A DNA stretch of 64,000 nt, taken from assembly GCA_938006335.1 (NCBI GenBank), contig CALLMF010000001.1:30253-94252 (forward strand), in the 5' to 3' direction. Each line of letters starts with the position of its first letter. The stretch's first letter is position 1. The position numbers and the translations under genes were made by a program. Source of the stretch: an uncultured Granulosicoccaceae bacterium (GTDB lineage Bacteria > Pseudomonadota > Gammaproteobacteria > Granulosicoccales > Granulosicoccaceae). The notes under the pieces are model-generated. The model was given only the letters and a program-made list of their open reading frames with translations. It was not told where the DNA came from and did no database searches. Positions 39,789 to 50,168 of the stretch are shown here, in pieces.

Positions 39789-42653
39789 TCAGGGTTGAGC
39801 ATTGGCTATCAGGCCCAAGGCCTCCTGCACGAGCTTCTTCTGCTCGGCAAGGTGCTGGCTCATGTAACCGGTTGCAGGCGATGCCGATGGCACCCGGCCC
39901 ACGAATTCGACACCGTTGACCGAGTCAGGCAGTACACGCTCGATGCGATGTCGGTTGGATCGCCAAGCCCCCTGATTTCGCGGCTCTTCCTGACACCAGA
40001 CAAAGGACGTGGCGTTCGGGTAGCGCGCAATGACCGACGTCATGTCTTCGTAGGGGAAGGGATAGAGCTGCTCGAGACGCGCCAGTGCGACATTCGTTGT
40101 ACCGGCCTCACGCCTGGCTTCAAGCAGGTCGTAGTAGACCTTGCCGGCACAGAAGACGAGCCGCTCCACACCCTCAGGAGCGATGTCGTCGATCTCATCG
40201 ATCACGGGCTGGAAGTGTCCATCGGACAAATCCTCCAGGGTCGACACGGCCAGACGGTGGCGCAAGAGACTCTTCGGCGACATGACAATCATGGGTCGAC
40301 GCATCGGCCGGGTCATCTGACGCCGGAACATGTGATAGCACTGCGCCGGTGTGGAAGGCATCAGCACTGACATGTTGTCTTCGGCGCAGAGTTGCAGAAA
40401 ACGCTCGAGCCGGGCCGAGGAGTGTTCCGGTCCCTGGCCTTCATACCCATGCGGCAGCAGCATGGTCAGGCCACACAGCCGGCCCCATTTGGTTTCACCA
40501 GAGCTGATGAACTGATCGATAACCACCTGTGCGCCGTTGACGAAGTCACCGAACTGCGCCTCCCAGATGACCAGCGTGTTCGGATCTGCTGTCGCGTAGC
40601 CGTATTCAAACGCAAGCACCGCTTCTTCGGATAGCACCGAGTCGATGACCAGAAACTTGCCATCGGCCACTTCGCGCAGCGGCACATGAGCACCCATCTG
40701 GGCCTGGTTGTGCAACACCGCATGACGGTGCGCAAAGGTGCCACGCCCCGAGTCCTGACCCGACAAGCGAACATCGTAGCCTTCGTTCAGCAGGGTTGCG
40801 TACGACAATGATTCCGCAAATCCCCAATCGATCGGCAAAGCGCCCGCGGTCATCTTGCGTCGGTCTTCGATGATCTTGTTGACCCGGGAATGCAAGGCCA
40901 TGTCTTCGGGCAAGGTGGTCAGTCGCGTTGCCAGCTCCTGCAACGTCGACAGGGGGACATGCGCCTCGTAGCCGACACGCCAGTCAGTCTCGGTGTACTT
41001 CGACCAGTCGATTTGCAACTCTGGCGCCTCACCAAGGCCTTCGAGCACATCGGGCGCCACCGTCTCACCAGCATCGAGTGCTGCGCGGTAGTCATCAACG
41101 AGCTTTTGCGGCTCACCAGCCTCGATGACACCGGCAGCGACCAGCTGATCGGCGTAGAGCTTGCGCGTGGTGTCGGTGCTCTTGATGGTCTTGTACATGA
41201 ACGGCTGAGTCACCGAGGGCTCATCCGTTTCGTTGTGACCATGACGTCGGTAACAGACCATATCGATGACCACGTCCTTCTTGAAGGTCATGCGGAAATC
41301 CAGCGCAAGCTGGGTCACGAAGTGCACCGCCTCCGGATCGTCACCGTTCACGTGGAAGATCGGCGCGTTGATCATCTTGGCAACGTCCGATGCGTACAAG
41401 GTGGACCGGGCGTCCTTCGCGTTGCTGGTGGTAAAGCCGATCTGGTTGTTGACGATGATATGCACGGTGCCCTTGGTCGAGAAGCCGCGCGAGTCCGCCA
41501 TGTTGAACGTTTCCATCACCACGCCCTGCCCTGCAAATGCGGCGTCACCATGAATCGCGATGGGGATGACAAGCTCACCGTTCTTGTCGCTGTAGCGGTC
41601 CTGACGAGAACGCACCGAGCCTTCGACTACGGGCGACACGATCTCCAGGTGCGACGGGTTGAACGCCATCGACAGATGCATGTGCCCGGACGGGGTCTTG
41701 ATATCGGAGCTGAATCCCTGGTGGTACTTGACGTCCCCGGAGGACAGTGCCGGGTCGTGCTTGCCTTCGAATTCCTCGAACAGCTCTGCGGGGTTCTTGC
41801 CGAGGATGTTGACCAGCACATTGAGGCGTCCGCGGTGCGCCATACCAATGACCATGTCACGCACACCAGCGACACCGGCGCGGCGCACCAGCTCGCTCAT
41901 GATCACGATCAGACTCTCACCGCCCTCTAGAGAGAAGCGCTTCTGGCCGACGTAACGCGAGCCCAGATGCCGCTCCATGCTTTCCGCAGCCGTGACACGT
42001 TCCAGTATCCAGCGACGCGTGTCGTCCTCGAGTGCAGGCGCCGAGGCAACGCTTTCGATACGTTGCTGCAGCCAATCCTTCTGCGGCGTGTAATCGATGT
42101 ACATGAACTCGTAGCCGATCGAGCCGCAGTAGCATTTCTCGAGGTGCTTGATGACATCACGCAGCGGTGCCTCGTCGATGCCCTCCAGCGATGGAGTCTG
42201 GAAAACCGTGTCGAGGTCGGCCTCGGAAAGGCCGTTCTCGTGCAGGCGCACCTCGCGCACGAAGGCCTCGTTTTCCTTGCCGAGCGGGTCGGTCCTGGCC
42301 AGCTGGTGGCCACGCACGCGATAGGCGTTGATCAGCCGTGTGACCTGAATCTGCTTGAGCTCGGCGGGAGACGCGGCGCTGCCTGACGCCGATGCGCCTG
42401 CCGCTGGCATCCCACCCGTGATCGACTTGAACTGCTCGCGCACCACGGAATGGGGGACATCACGCGCGTTCTCGGCGACCAGCGGCAGCCCCTGAAACCA
42501 GGCACGCCACTGCTCGTCTACCGCATTGGGGTTAGTCAGGTAGCGCTCGTACTGCTCCTCCAGCCACGGTGCATTGGCGCCCCCCAGAGCAGAGGAGCCG
42601 AGGAGTTCTTCCATTGACGCTACCGGCGCTGCGTCTTCAGGCTTGGCACTCAT
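39789..42653 (-). CDS. sucA: 2-oxoglutarate dehydrogenase E1
   Basis: Motifs KRFSLEGGE, GMAHRGRLN, GDVKYH, HGDAAF and WEAQFGDF. Confidence 0.98.
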   Translation of the reverse strand: MSAKPEDAAPVASMEELLGSSALGGANAPWLEEQYERYLTNPNAVDEQWRAWFQGLPLVAENARDVPHSVVREQFKSITGGMPAAGASASGSAASPAELKQIQVTRLINAYRVRGHQLARTDPLGKENEAFVREVRLHENGLSEADLDTVFQTPSLEGIDEAPLRDVIKHLEKCYCGSIGYEFMYIDYTPQKDWLQQRIESVASAPALEDDTRRWILERVTAAESMERHLGSRYVGQKRFSLEGGESLIVIMSELVRRAGVAGVRDMVIGMAHRGRLNVLVNILGKNPAELFEEFEGKHDPALSSGDVKYHQGFSSDIKTPSGHMHLSMAFNPSHLEIVSPVVEGSVRSRQDRYSDKNGELVIPIAIHGDAAFAGQGVVMETFNMADSRGFSTKGTVHIIVNNQIGFTTSNAKDARSTLYASDVAKMINAPIFHVNGDDPEAVHFVTQLALDFRMTFKKDVVIDMVCYRRHGHNETDEPSVTQPFMYKTIKSTDTTRKLYADQLVAAGVIEAGEPQKLVDDYRAALDAGETVAPDVLEGLGEAPELQIDWSKYTETDWRVGYEAHVPLSTLQELATRLTTLPEDMALHSRVNKIIEDRRKMTAGALPIDWGFAESLSYATLLNEGYDVRLSGQDSGRGTFAHRHAVLHNQAQMGAHVPLREVADGKFLVIDSVLSEEAVLAFEYGYATADPNTLVIWEAQFGDFVNGAQVVIDQFISSGETKWGRLCGLTMLLPHGYEGQGPEHSSARLERFLQLCAEDNMSVLMPSTPAQCYHMFRRQMTRPMRRPMIVMSPKSLLRHRLAVSTLEDLSDGHFQPVIDEIDDIAPEGVERLVFCAGKVYYDLLEARREAGTTNVALARLEQLYPFPYEDMTSVIARYPNATSFVWCQEEPRNQGAWRSNRHRIERVLPDSVNGVEFVGRVPSASPATGYMSQHLAEQKKLVQEALGLIANAQP

Positions 42654-42680
42654 GCAATCGATCCTGTCGAGGTACTGACG

Positions 42681-43718
42681 CTACAGATGGGCGGGAATGT
42701 CATCGATTACCACCCGGGTAAATTCATCGGTGTTGAGCTTGCCGCCGAGATCGCGTGTGCTGCGTCCACTCTCGATGGCGCCCAGCAGTGACAGTCGCAG
42801 GGCGTGCCCGAGGTCGTATCGGTCGACATGATCGAGCAACATCCCGAACGACAGCAGGACGGCTGCCGGATTGGCGACGTTCTTGCCAGCGATATCCGGT
42901 GCAGTACCTCCGGCCGGATCAAACATGGCGACATCGATGTTGTCGTCATCGTCGAACGAGTAGTTGCCGCTGGAGCCGGTGCCGAGGCTGCCTACCAGGC
43001 CCGAAGCCATGTCCGACAGGAAGTCCCCGTATTCATTGAGGACCAGCACCACCTCATAAGACGATGGATTGATGATGATCTTGGCGAGCAGGGCATCGAA
43101 CAGCTCGACATGATGCTCCACGTCGGGGAAGTCCTTGTGGACATCGGCAACCACCTCCTCGAACAAACCATCAGTGACGCGCTGGATGGTGTGCTTCGAC
43201 GACGACGTCATCGAGTAGTGGCTATCGCCGTAGGTCAGGCCCTTCTTGCGGGCGAGATCGAAGGCAAAGCGTGCCGCCTGGCGACACGGCTTGCGCTCTA
43301 CCATGCGCAGCGATACCGCCGCGTCGGTACCGATCAGCTGACCAGGGTCATCGTAGGTTCCGCCGGTTGCTATCCGCACGATGTGCAGATTAACGTCTTC
43401 CTTGAAGTTCGAATGGATGCCCTTGATGGAAATCGCCGGGCGGTAGATGACCGAGAAGCCCAGTCGGCGACGGATCAGTGCGTTGGGGCTACGCAGGCGG
43501 GTGGTGGTCGGATACTTGACCGCCAGCCTGGTCCGCCGCATCGAGGCCTCGGCCTCATCGATAACGTCGTCGCCACGGGCCTCGCGGTTTTCGAGGCTCC
43601 AGTCGACGGGCTGAAACTTGAAATCCACGGGCAGGGATTCCGCCACGGCATGCACCGATTCGGCAAGCTCCGGACCGATGCCGTCGCCCAATAGCTCGGT
43701 GATCTCGATAGTGCTCAC
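42681..43718 (-). CDS. Isocitrate/isopropylmalate dehydrogenase family protein (divergent, probably NAD+-type)
   Basis: Motifs GDGIGPE, RSPNALIR..., NEYGDFLSD and GTAPDIAGKNVANP; start set at GTG 43718. Confidence 0.85.
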   Translation of the reverse strand: MSTIEITELLGDGIGPELAESVHAVAESLPVDFKFQPVDWSLENREARGDDVIDEAEASMRRTRLAVKYPTTTRLRSPNALIRRRLGFSVIYRPAISIKGIHSNFKEDVNLHIVRIATGGTYDDPGQLIGTDAAVSLRMVERKPCRQAARFAFDLARKKGLTYGDSHYSMTSSSKHTIQRVTDGLFEEVVADVHKDFPDVEHHVELFDALLAKIIINPSSYEVVLVLNEYGDFLSDMASGLVGSLGTGSSGNYSFDDDDNIDVAMFDPAGGTAPDIAGKNVANPAAVLLSFGMLLDHVDRYDLGHALRLSLLGAIESGRSTRDLGGKLNTDEFTRVVIDDIPAHL

Positions 43719-43889
43719 GGACCGCTCCGTTGCGAATGTCAGATTGCGCGCCTCAGGTATAGCACCCGCAGCGACCGACTCGTCAGAACCGCTCGCCGCC
43801 AGAGTCACGCCACGCCCGCGACAGCGGACGATACACCCAATCTCCGACCCTGCCCACCGGACCCGGCGTCACAAGACGCTGACCAATAT

Positions 43890-44324
43890 TCAACTGTGGA
43901 CCTCACCGGGCGCGTCAGGTTCATCCGGATCGATATCAAAGCGTTCGGGATGTGCCCAGAAACGAGCGTTCAGCCAATCCGGCGGGTCCTTGTAAGCGCT
44001 GAGCCGATACTCGTACAGCACGTGGCGGCAATCCTGTTCACGACACTCGAATACGCGCCGAAACCCGAACGAGAAGAAGCGCTCTGCAGGCACATGATCG
44101 CCGTCCTCGTGGTCCTGCTGCCAGACGACAAGCCGAGTTGGCGAGCGACGGCAGGCGTTTCCCAACCGCTGCGCCAGCGCGTCGTCATCACGTGCGTTCT
44201 CCAGCGTGAGCAGCTCTGCCTCGGGTTGATCATCGCTCGCCGAAACGAGATCGGTCACGCGCTCGGCAACGCTTGCAGCCGCCGCCGACACCTCCAGTGA
44301 ACTATTTTTCGTGTCCTGCGGCAT
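43890..44324 (-). CDS. DUF6231-like hypothetical protein
   Basis: Motifs FFSFGF and YEYRLSAYKDPPDWLNARFWAHPERF; start set at ATG 44324. Confidence 0.65.
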   Translation of the reverse strand: MPQDTKNSSLEVSAAAASVAERVTDLVSASDDQPEAELLTLENARDDDALAQRLGNACRRSPTRLVVWQQDHEDGDHVPAERFFSFGFRRVFECREQDCRHVLYEYRLSAYKDPPDWLNARFWAHPERFDIDPDEPDAPGEVHS

Positions 44325-44682
44325 AGGCGGCGGCTTGCTCCGGCGTGGCCTCGGTCTGATGGCGCGCTTTCCATTCGGCATAGGGCATGCCGTAGACGCG
44401 CGTACGGGCATCTTCGTAGGACACGGACAAGCCGGCCCCGCCAGCCGCGGCGACGTAGTATTTCGAGAGGCAGTTTCGGCAGAAGCCCGCCAGATTCATC
44501 AGATCGATGTTCTGTACATCCTTGCGCTCGTCGAGATGTGCCAGCAGGGTCCTGAAGGCCGCCGCCTCCAGCTCGGTCTGCTGCTCACGCGACAAACTGG
44601 CGATGGGCACGGTGGTGGCGTTTGCGTCGTCGGTCACTTCAAGACACTCCTTTGGTGCGTGCAGGTCTGGTGGTGTGTCCAC
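44302..44682 (-). CDS. DUF1244 family protein
   Basis: Motifs LEAAAFRTLLAHL, DVQNIDLMNLAGFCRNCLSKY and VYGMPYAEWK. Confidence 0.85.
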   Translation of the reverse strand: MDTPPDLHAPKECLEVTDDANATTVPIASLSREQQTELEAAAFRTLLAHLDERKDVQNIDLMNLAGFCRNCLSKYYVAAAGGAGLSVSYEDARTRVYGMPYAEWKARHQTEATPEQAAAYAAGHEK

Positions 44683-44756
44683 TAGTATGTACGAGATATC
44701 CCCATGATCAGAACCTGGACCTCAATGCCCCCCCGACGTCCCGATGACCCTATCGC

Positions 44757-45104
44757 ATGACCGGAAACGGATTCGCTGATCTGCTGGTGCTGCTGCTGAT
44801 CGCTGCGGCCCTTGCGCTGTGGTGGACCGGTGCCCGCGCTCGTGAACATGCCATCGGCCACGCGCGCGTGGCCTGCCGTAATCAGGGCGTCCAGTTCCTG
44901 GACCAGACCGTCGCGCTGAAAGGGATGGCCCTGGCACGGTCCCGGACCGGGTCGATAAGCCTGAAGCGAACCTTCGCCTTCGAATTCACCGACCACGGCG
45001 ATTTCAGGGATCGTGCCCACGTGAGCATGAACGGACCACACCTGTTGCGGGTCAATTTTCCATGGCGACGCGACGCGCAAGGCAATCGTGTGCTCGAACA
45101 TTGA
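44757..45104 (+). CDS. DUF3301 family membrane protein
   Basis: N-terminal TM helix, then ARE.A...AR.AC...GVQFLDQTV and FEFT..G..R. Confidence 0.75.
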   Translation: MTGNGFADLLVLLLIAAALALWWTGARAREHAIGHARVACRNQGVQFLDQTVALKGMALARSRTGSISLKRTFAFEFTDHGDFRDRAHVSMNGPHLLRVNFPWRRDAQGNRVLEH

Positions 45105-45152
45105 CTCGAGTCCAAGCCTGTTTGCTCGCCTTTGGATTAGACTGATTGAGCT

Positions 45153-45683
45153 ATGAACGAAGCCGACGACCGAGTTCCGCCCGCTGATGCGGCCTGCCCC
45201 TGCGGCGCATCACGAGACTTCGGGCAATGTTGTGGGCCGTGGCTTGACGGCGACACCCGTCCCGATGATGTAGAGACCCTGATGCGGGCGCGTTACACCG
45301 CTCACGTGGTCGGCGCCATCGAATTCATCGTGGCGACTCATCACCCCGCCACACGCAACGAAGTGGACGAGGACGCCACTGCCCGCTGGGCCGCAGAGTC
45401 CGAATGGCTGGGCCTTGACGTTCGCGCTAGCGACGGCGGCGGCCCGGAAGACGACATCGGCAAGGTCGAGTTTGTCGCGCGCTACCGCGACAGCAGTCGT
45501 CGGCGCCATACTCACCACGAGCGCGCCGTATTCGAGCGCTATCACGGTCAGTGGTACTTCCGTGATGCCGAAATTCCCGAGGTAACCCAAGTCCGACGCG
45601 ATGGGGCGAAACAGGGGCGAAATGATCCCTGCGCCTGTGGCAGCAGCAAGAAATTCAAGAAGTGCTGCGGCGCTGCCGCTTGA
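45153..45683 (+). CDS. ychJ: YchJ family protein with SEC-C motifs
   Basis: N-terminal CPCG, LMRARY, VEFVA, HHERAVF and C-terminal [18 protein letters not shown]. Confidence 0.85.
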   Translation: MNEADDRVPPADAACPCGASRDFGQCCGPWLDGDTRPDDVETLMRARYTAHVVGAIEFIVATHHPATRNEVDEDATARWAAESEWLGLDVRASDGGGPEDDIGKVEFVARYRDSSRRRHTHHERAVFERYHGQWYFRDAEIPEVTQVRRDGAKQGRNDPCACGSSKKFKKCCGAAA

Positions 45684-45737
45684 CCCCGGACACGACCGCG
45701 GATCAACGATCCGCACCACGATTGGAGATCATGGTTT

Positions 45738-47423
45738 ATGAGTGAAGAAGCAGCAAGCGCGGGCAAACCATGGCTGGCCTCCTATCCCAATGGCGTTCCA
45801 GAGTTCATCGACCCGGACACCTACGCCTCGGTCAACCAGATCTTTGACGAATCGGCGGCGCGTTTTGCCGACCGACCGGCATTTCGAAATTTCGGCAAGA
45901 CCATCAGCTATGCCGAGCTTGATCGCCACGTCGGCGCGTTTGCCTCCTGGTGCCGTCACGAGGCCGGCCTGAAAAAAGGCGACCGCATCGCCGTGATGAT
46001 GCCGAACCTCCTGCAGTACCCCATCGTGGTGTTCGGTGCGCTGCGTGCAGGCCTCGTGGTGGTCAACACCAACCCCTTGTATACGGAGCGCGAGCTCGAG
46101 CACCAACTGGTTGACTCCGGTGCCAAGGCCATCGTGGTAGCGGAAGCCTTTGCCAACACCGTTGAGGCCGTGATCGCGCGCACCGAGGTTCACACCACGG
46201 TCGTCACCAGCTTTGGCGAGATGCTCGATTTCCCGAAGTCATTCCTCGTGAATCTGGTGGTTCGCAAGGTAAAGAAACTGGTACCCGCGTGGAACCTGCC
46301 GGGCTCCCATGCCTTCGGGGACGTCCTCAAGCGCGGCGCAAGCCTCCCCGAAGCGACGTCCGAGCTCGGCCACGATGACCTCGCTTTCCTGCAGTACACA
46401 GGAGGCACAACGGGCGTTGCCAAGGGCGCGATGCTCACACACGGAAACATGAGCGCGAACGTACTCCAGGCGCATGCCTGGGTCGGCGCCAGTCATATCG
46501 AGGAAGGTCAGGAGGTCATCGTCACCGCGCTGCCGCTGTATCACATCTTTGCGCTGACAGCGAATTGCCTGACCTTCATGCGCTTTGGCGCGATGAACCT
46601 GTTGATCACGAATCCACGCGACCTGCCGGCCTTTGTCAAGGATCTCGCCAAGACACCGTTCTCGGCGTTCACGGGCGTCAATACGCTGTTCAACGCCCTG
46701 CTTGCTCGAGAGGATTTTCAGGCCCTGGATTTCTCTGGCCTGAAGCTGACACTCGGTGGCGGCATGGCCGTACAGGAAGCGGTGGCAACCCGCTGGAAGG
46801 AAGTCACCGGCACCACCCTCATCGAAGCGTATGGATTGACGGAGACCAGCCCTGCCGCGTGCATCAATCCGATGAACCTCGAGGACTTCAACCACTCGAT
46901 CGGTCTGCCGATTTCATCGACCGAAGCCTGCGTTCGTGACGCGGAAGGTCGCGAGCTACCGGTGGGCGAGGCAGGCGAGCTCTGCATTCGAGGCCCACAG
47001 GTCATGCAGGGCTACTGGCAAAAGCCCGAAGCCACCGCCAAGGTCATCGATGCCGATGGCTGGCTCAGCACCGGAGACGTTGCCACGATCTCTGATGACG
47101 GCTTCGTGAAAATCGTGGACCGGCTCAAGGACATGATCCTGGTGTCCGGCTTCAACGTCTACCCGAACGAGATAGAGGGCGTCATCGCGATGATGCCGGG
47201 CGTGCTGGAGGTGGGGGCGATCGGTGTCGAGGACGATCATTCCGGTGAGGTCGTCAAGGTGGTGATCGTCAAACAGGACGCGAGTCTGACCGAAGAACAG
47301 GTGCTCGCTCACTGCAAGGAAAACCTGACCGGATACAAGCGTCCCAAGATCGTCCAGTTCATGGACGAACTACCCAAGACCAACGTGGGCAAGATCCTGC
47401 GGCGCGAGCTCCGCAGTCTCTAG
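45738..47423 (+). CDS. fadD: Long-chain fatty acid-CoA ligase
   Basis: Motifs LQYTGGTTGVAKGA, EAYGLTE, GWLSTGD, DRLKDMI and PKTNVGKILR. Confidence 0.95.
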   Translation: MSEEAASAGKPWLASYPNGVPEFIDPDTYASVNQIFDESAARFADRPAFRNFGKTISYAELDRHVGAFASWCRHEAGLKKGDRIAVMMPNLLQYPIVVFGALRAGLVVVNTNPLYTERELEHQLVDSGAKAIVVAEAFANTVEAVIARTEVHTTVVTSFGEMLDFPKSFLVNLVVRKVKKLVPAWNLPGSHAFGDVLKRGASLPEATSELGHDDLAFLQYTGGTTGVAKGAMLTHGNMSANVLQAHAWVGASHIEEGQEVIVTALPLYHIFALTANCLTFMRFGAMNLLITNPRDLPAFVKDLAKTPFSAFTGVNTLFNALLAREDFQALDFSGLKLTLGGGMAVQEAVATRWKEVTGTTLIEAYGLTETSPAACINPMNLEDFNHSIGLPISSTEACVRDAEGRELPVGEAGELCIRGPQVMQGYWQKPEATAKVIDADGWLSTGDVATISDDGFVKIVDRLKDMILVSGFNVYPNEIEGVIAMMPGVLEVGAIGVEDDHSGEVVKVVIVKQDASLTEEQVLAHCKENLTGYKRPKIVQFMDELPKTNVGKILRRELRSL

Positions 47424-47469
47424 TGGTCTGTCACTCTGATACTGTCGGCATCAGAGTGACAGACCACTA
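47421..47469. repeat. Perfect 20-bp inverted repeat (bidirectional terminator or REP/MITE-like palindrome)
   Basis: TAGTGGTCTGTCACTCTGAT-9 nt-ATCAGAGTGACAGACCACTA between convergent fadD and nfsA. Confidence 0.85.
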
Positions 47470-47485
47470 ACTCAACGCTTTGAAC

Positions 47486-48223
47486 TCAACGGGTGAGGAA
47501 GCCCTGCCCGTTGAGAAACGCGTGCATATGCGGTCGTGACTCCTTGCCCACGAGTGACCGCATGGCGTGGCTCCAGTCGCTTTGCTTGGCGTTGCTGCTG
47601 CGCCGTGCGTAGTAGTCCGTCAGCGTCTGGTCGTAGTTGGCCACGTGCCCGGCCACCGCTGAATCCTCGTAGCTCTCCTGCATGAGGACCGCATCGATAG
47701 GCAGCCGGGGTTTGACCTCCGGATCCTGTGCAGGTACCCCAATACACAGACCAAACACAGGGTAGACCTGATCGGGTAGATGCAATAGCTCGGACACCGC
47801 CGCTGCGTCATTCCTGATACCACCGATGTAGCAGATACCAAGACCGAGAGACTCGGCGGCAACCACCGCATTTTGTGCTGCCAGCGCCACATCGACCGTT
47901 GCAATGATGAAGTGCTCGGTCATGCCGGCCTCGAATTCCCCACCCACACGAGCACAGGCATCACTGGCGCGCCTGAGATCGGCACACCAGATCAGAAAGG
48001 CCGCCGCGTTCACCACCCACGGCTGACCTCCGGCGATTTTGGCGATGCGCTGGCGATTGTCGGCATCCTTGATCTGCACCACCGTGGTCGCCTGCACATG
48101 ACTGGACGTCGCTGCGGCTTGACCACAGGCAACCAGCGTGCGGATCACCTCATCGGATACCGGATCGTCTGTGTATGTACGGATACTGCGGTGCCCAAGC
48201 AATCGATCGATGGTTTCGTTCAT
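47486..48223 (-). CDS. nfsA: NADPH-dependent nitroreductase/flavin reductase (NfsA/Frp family)
   Basis: Motifs HRSIRTY, AATSSHVQ, AAESLGLGICYIGGIRN and KPRLP. Confidence 0.9.
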   Translation of the reverse strand: MNETIDRLLGHRSIRTYTDDPVSDEVIRTLVACGQAAATSSHVQATTVVQIKDADNRQRIAKIAGGQPWVVNAAAFLIWCADLRRASDACARVGGEFEAGMTEHFIIATVDVALAAQNAVVAAESLGLGICYIGGIRNDAAAVSELLHLPDQVYPVFGLCIGVPAQDPEVKPRLPIDAVLMQESYEDSAVAGHVANYDQTLTDYYARRSSNAKQSDWSHAMRSLVGKESRPHMHAFLNGQGFLTR

Positions 48224-48232
48224 GTGCGGGTT

Positions 48233-49078
48233 CTAACGGTCTGATACAACAGCGGTGTCACTACGGCTACCCCATTCGGACCAGGAGCCATCGTAGAGAG
48301 CATGATGTTCGTGCCCGATGCAATCGAGCGCAAGCAGTGCGATTGCCGCGGTCACTCCGGAGCCACAACTGGTAACCACCAGATCATCCGCGCTGATTCC
48401 TGCCTGTGAGAAGCGTTTGTGCAGCTGATCATCCGGTGCAAGCGCACCGCTCACCAACAGATCGGTAAAGGGGACATTGATCGCGCCTGGCATATGCCCG
48501 GAGCGCACACCTGCACGTGGCTCCTCGAGTTGACCTGAAAACCGCGCGGCCGGTCGTACATCAACGACGACCGCCGTGCCCTCATCAAGGTGGCGGGTCA
48601 CATCAAGCCGGTCGGCAGTTACCCCGTGTCGCTGACTGACCTCGAAGCGGGTAGACACTGGAATTTTCGGTGTTCCTGATTCCATGGCGGCCTTCGCCCG
48701 CTGCCATGCGGGCATGCCGCCGTCCAGCACACGCACCGATTGCGCCCCCATGACACGCAGGTTCCACGCGACCCTCGGCGCCGAGAACAGACCGGCGCCG
48801 TCATAGACAACCAGTATGTCGTCAGCAGCGATACCCAATTGCCCGACGTGTGTGGCAAAGGCCTCTGCTGAAGCCAGTGTGTGGGGCAGTCCACTGGTCG
48901 TATCGGCAATATGGTCGATGTCGAAATACACGGCGCCGGGTATTCGTTGCTCGAGAAACTCGGCGCGACCATCCCGCCCCTCATTGGGCAGATACCAGCT
49001 CGCATCGATCACTCGCAATCGAGCATCGCCCTGCAGTGCCTCGAGATCGGCAACGCTGATCAGATACTTGCTACGCAC
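48233..49078 (-). CDS. sseA: 3-mercaptopyruvate sulfurtransferase
   Basis: Motifs DASWYLP, RSGHMPGA, active-site CGSGVTA and LYDGSWSEW. Confidence 0.92.
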   Translation of the reverse strand: MRSKYLISVADLEALQGDARLRVIDASWYLPNEGRDGRAEFLEQRIPGAVYFDIDHIADTTSGLPHTLASAEAFATHVGQLGIAADDILVVYDGAGLFSAPRVAWNLRVMGAQSVRVLDGGMPAWQRAKAAMESGTPKIPVSTRFEVSQRHGVTADRLDVTRHLDEGTAVVVDVRPAARFSGQLEEPRAGVRSGHMPGAINVPFTDLLVSGALAPDDQLHKRFSQAGISADDLVVTSCGSGVTAAIALLALDCIGHEHHALYDGSWSEWGSRSDTAVVSDR

Positions 49079-49139
49079 GCGCGCGTCCCCTTGTTGTCTG
49101 TAGGCAATGCATTCGCAGGTGTCGGTCTATCGAGACGCT

Positions 49140-49721
49140 TCAACTCGGATGACGCAGGATTTCCAACGGCTCTCCGGGGCGATTGGTAATGTCGCCACAG
49201 TGCACCACAGGCACGCGAAGGTCGTGTCGTTCGAACCAGCGCTCAAGCGTTTCGGTGACTACCGGGAAAGCGATGTCCTGCCATGGAATGTCAGCTTCAT
49301 CGAACAAGCGAACTTCCGAGGTTTCTTCGTTGGCGCAGGCGTAGCCATCCCGCAATGTTCCCTGGAACATCACATAAACCTGGCTGATGCGCGGCAGGCT
49401 GTACAAGGCAAACAAGGACAAGTCGTCGGAGCGCGCCATGGCCTCTTCCCACGCTTCGCGCGCGGCGCCGGCAATGGTGCTTTCGCCGTTTTCCATGAAC
49501 CCTGCGGGCAACGTCCAGTAACCGGACCTTGGTTCGATGGCCCGCTTGCACAGCAACACCTTGCCTTGCCACTCGAGCAGGCAACCTACTACCGTCTTGG
49601 GATTCTCGTAGGCAATGTGGTCGCAGGCGTCGCACACGCGGCGCAAGCGGTTATCCCCCTCAGGTACGCGTTGGCTCATGCCCTGACCGCAACGCTCGCA
49701 GAAGCCAAAGGACTCAGACAT
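49140..49721 (-). CDS. NUDIX hydrolase with N-terminal zinc ribbon
   Basis: CERC...CDAC zinc ribbon, YENPK and Nudix box GFMENGES..GAAREAWEE. Confidence 0.9.
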   Translation of the reverse strand: MSESFGFCERCGQGMSQRVPEGDNRLRRVCDACDHIAYENPKTVVGCLLEWQGKVLLCKRAIEPRSGYWTLPAGFMENGESTIAGAAREAWEEAMARSDDLSLFALYSLPRISQVYVMFQGTLRDGYACANEETSEVRLFDEADIPWQDIAFPVVTETLERWFERHDLRVPVVHCGDITNRPGEPLEILRHPS

Positions 49722-50151
49722 CTGATTCTCCCAAGGCATCCCTGACCACGGTTGGCAGCGGAACGGAACGCCCCGCTTCTGGATCTATCCACACTACTTT
49801 GGAATGACCGCGCGTATACAACTCGCCGTCCACACTCAAGGTATAAGTGGATACGAACGAGCTGCGCCCCGGGGAGTGCCCACCCATCCGAGCCTCGATA
49901 CGCGCGGGATAGACGATCGGCCTGAGAAATTCGGCGTGCGCATCGACAATCACCATGCCGTTTTCCTCAAGACCCAACGAACCGAAGCCGGCGCTCTCGA
50001 ACCAGGCGATACGCACCTGCTCGAAAAATCGGAAATACACCGTATTGTTGACGTGTCCGAGTGCATCCATGTCGCCCCATCGGACATCAATGGATTGCTG
50101 GCACAGCAGCACGCCTTGCGGAAGAATATCCTTGTCGTTGGGCTTGTTCAC
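49714..50151 (-). CDS. Acyl-CoA thioesterase (4HBT/YbgC hot-dog fold)
   Basis: Motif VRWGDMDALGHVNNTVYFRFFE. Confidence 0.9.
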   Translation of the reverse strand: MNKPNDKDILPQGVLLCQQSIDVRWGDMDALGHVNNTVYFRFFEQVRIAWFESAGFGSLGLEENGMVIVDAHAEFLRPIVYPARIEARMGGHSPGRSSFVSTYTLSVDGELYTRGHSKVVWIDPEAGRSVPLPTVVRDALGESDV

Positions 50152-50168
50152 GACACTCAGTGTACCGG

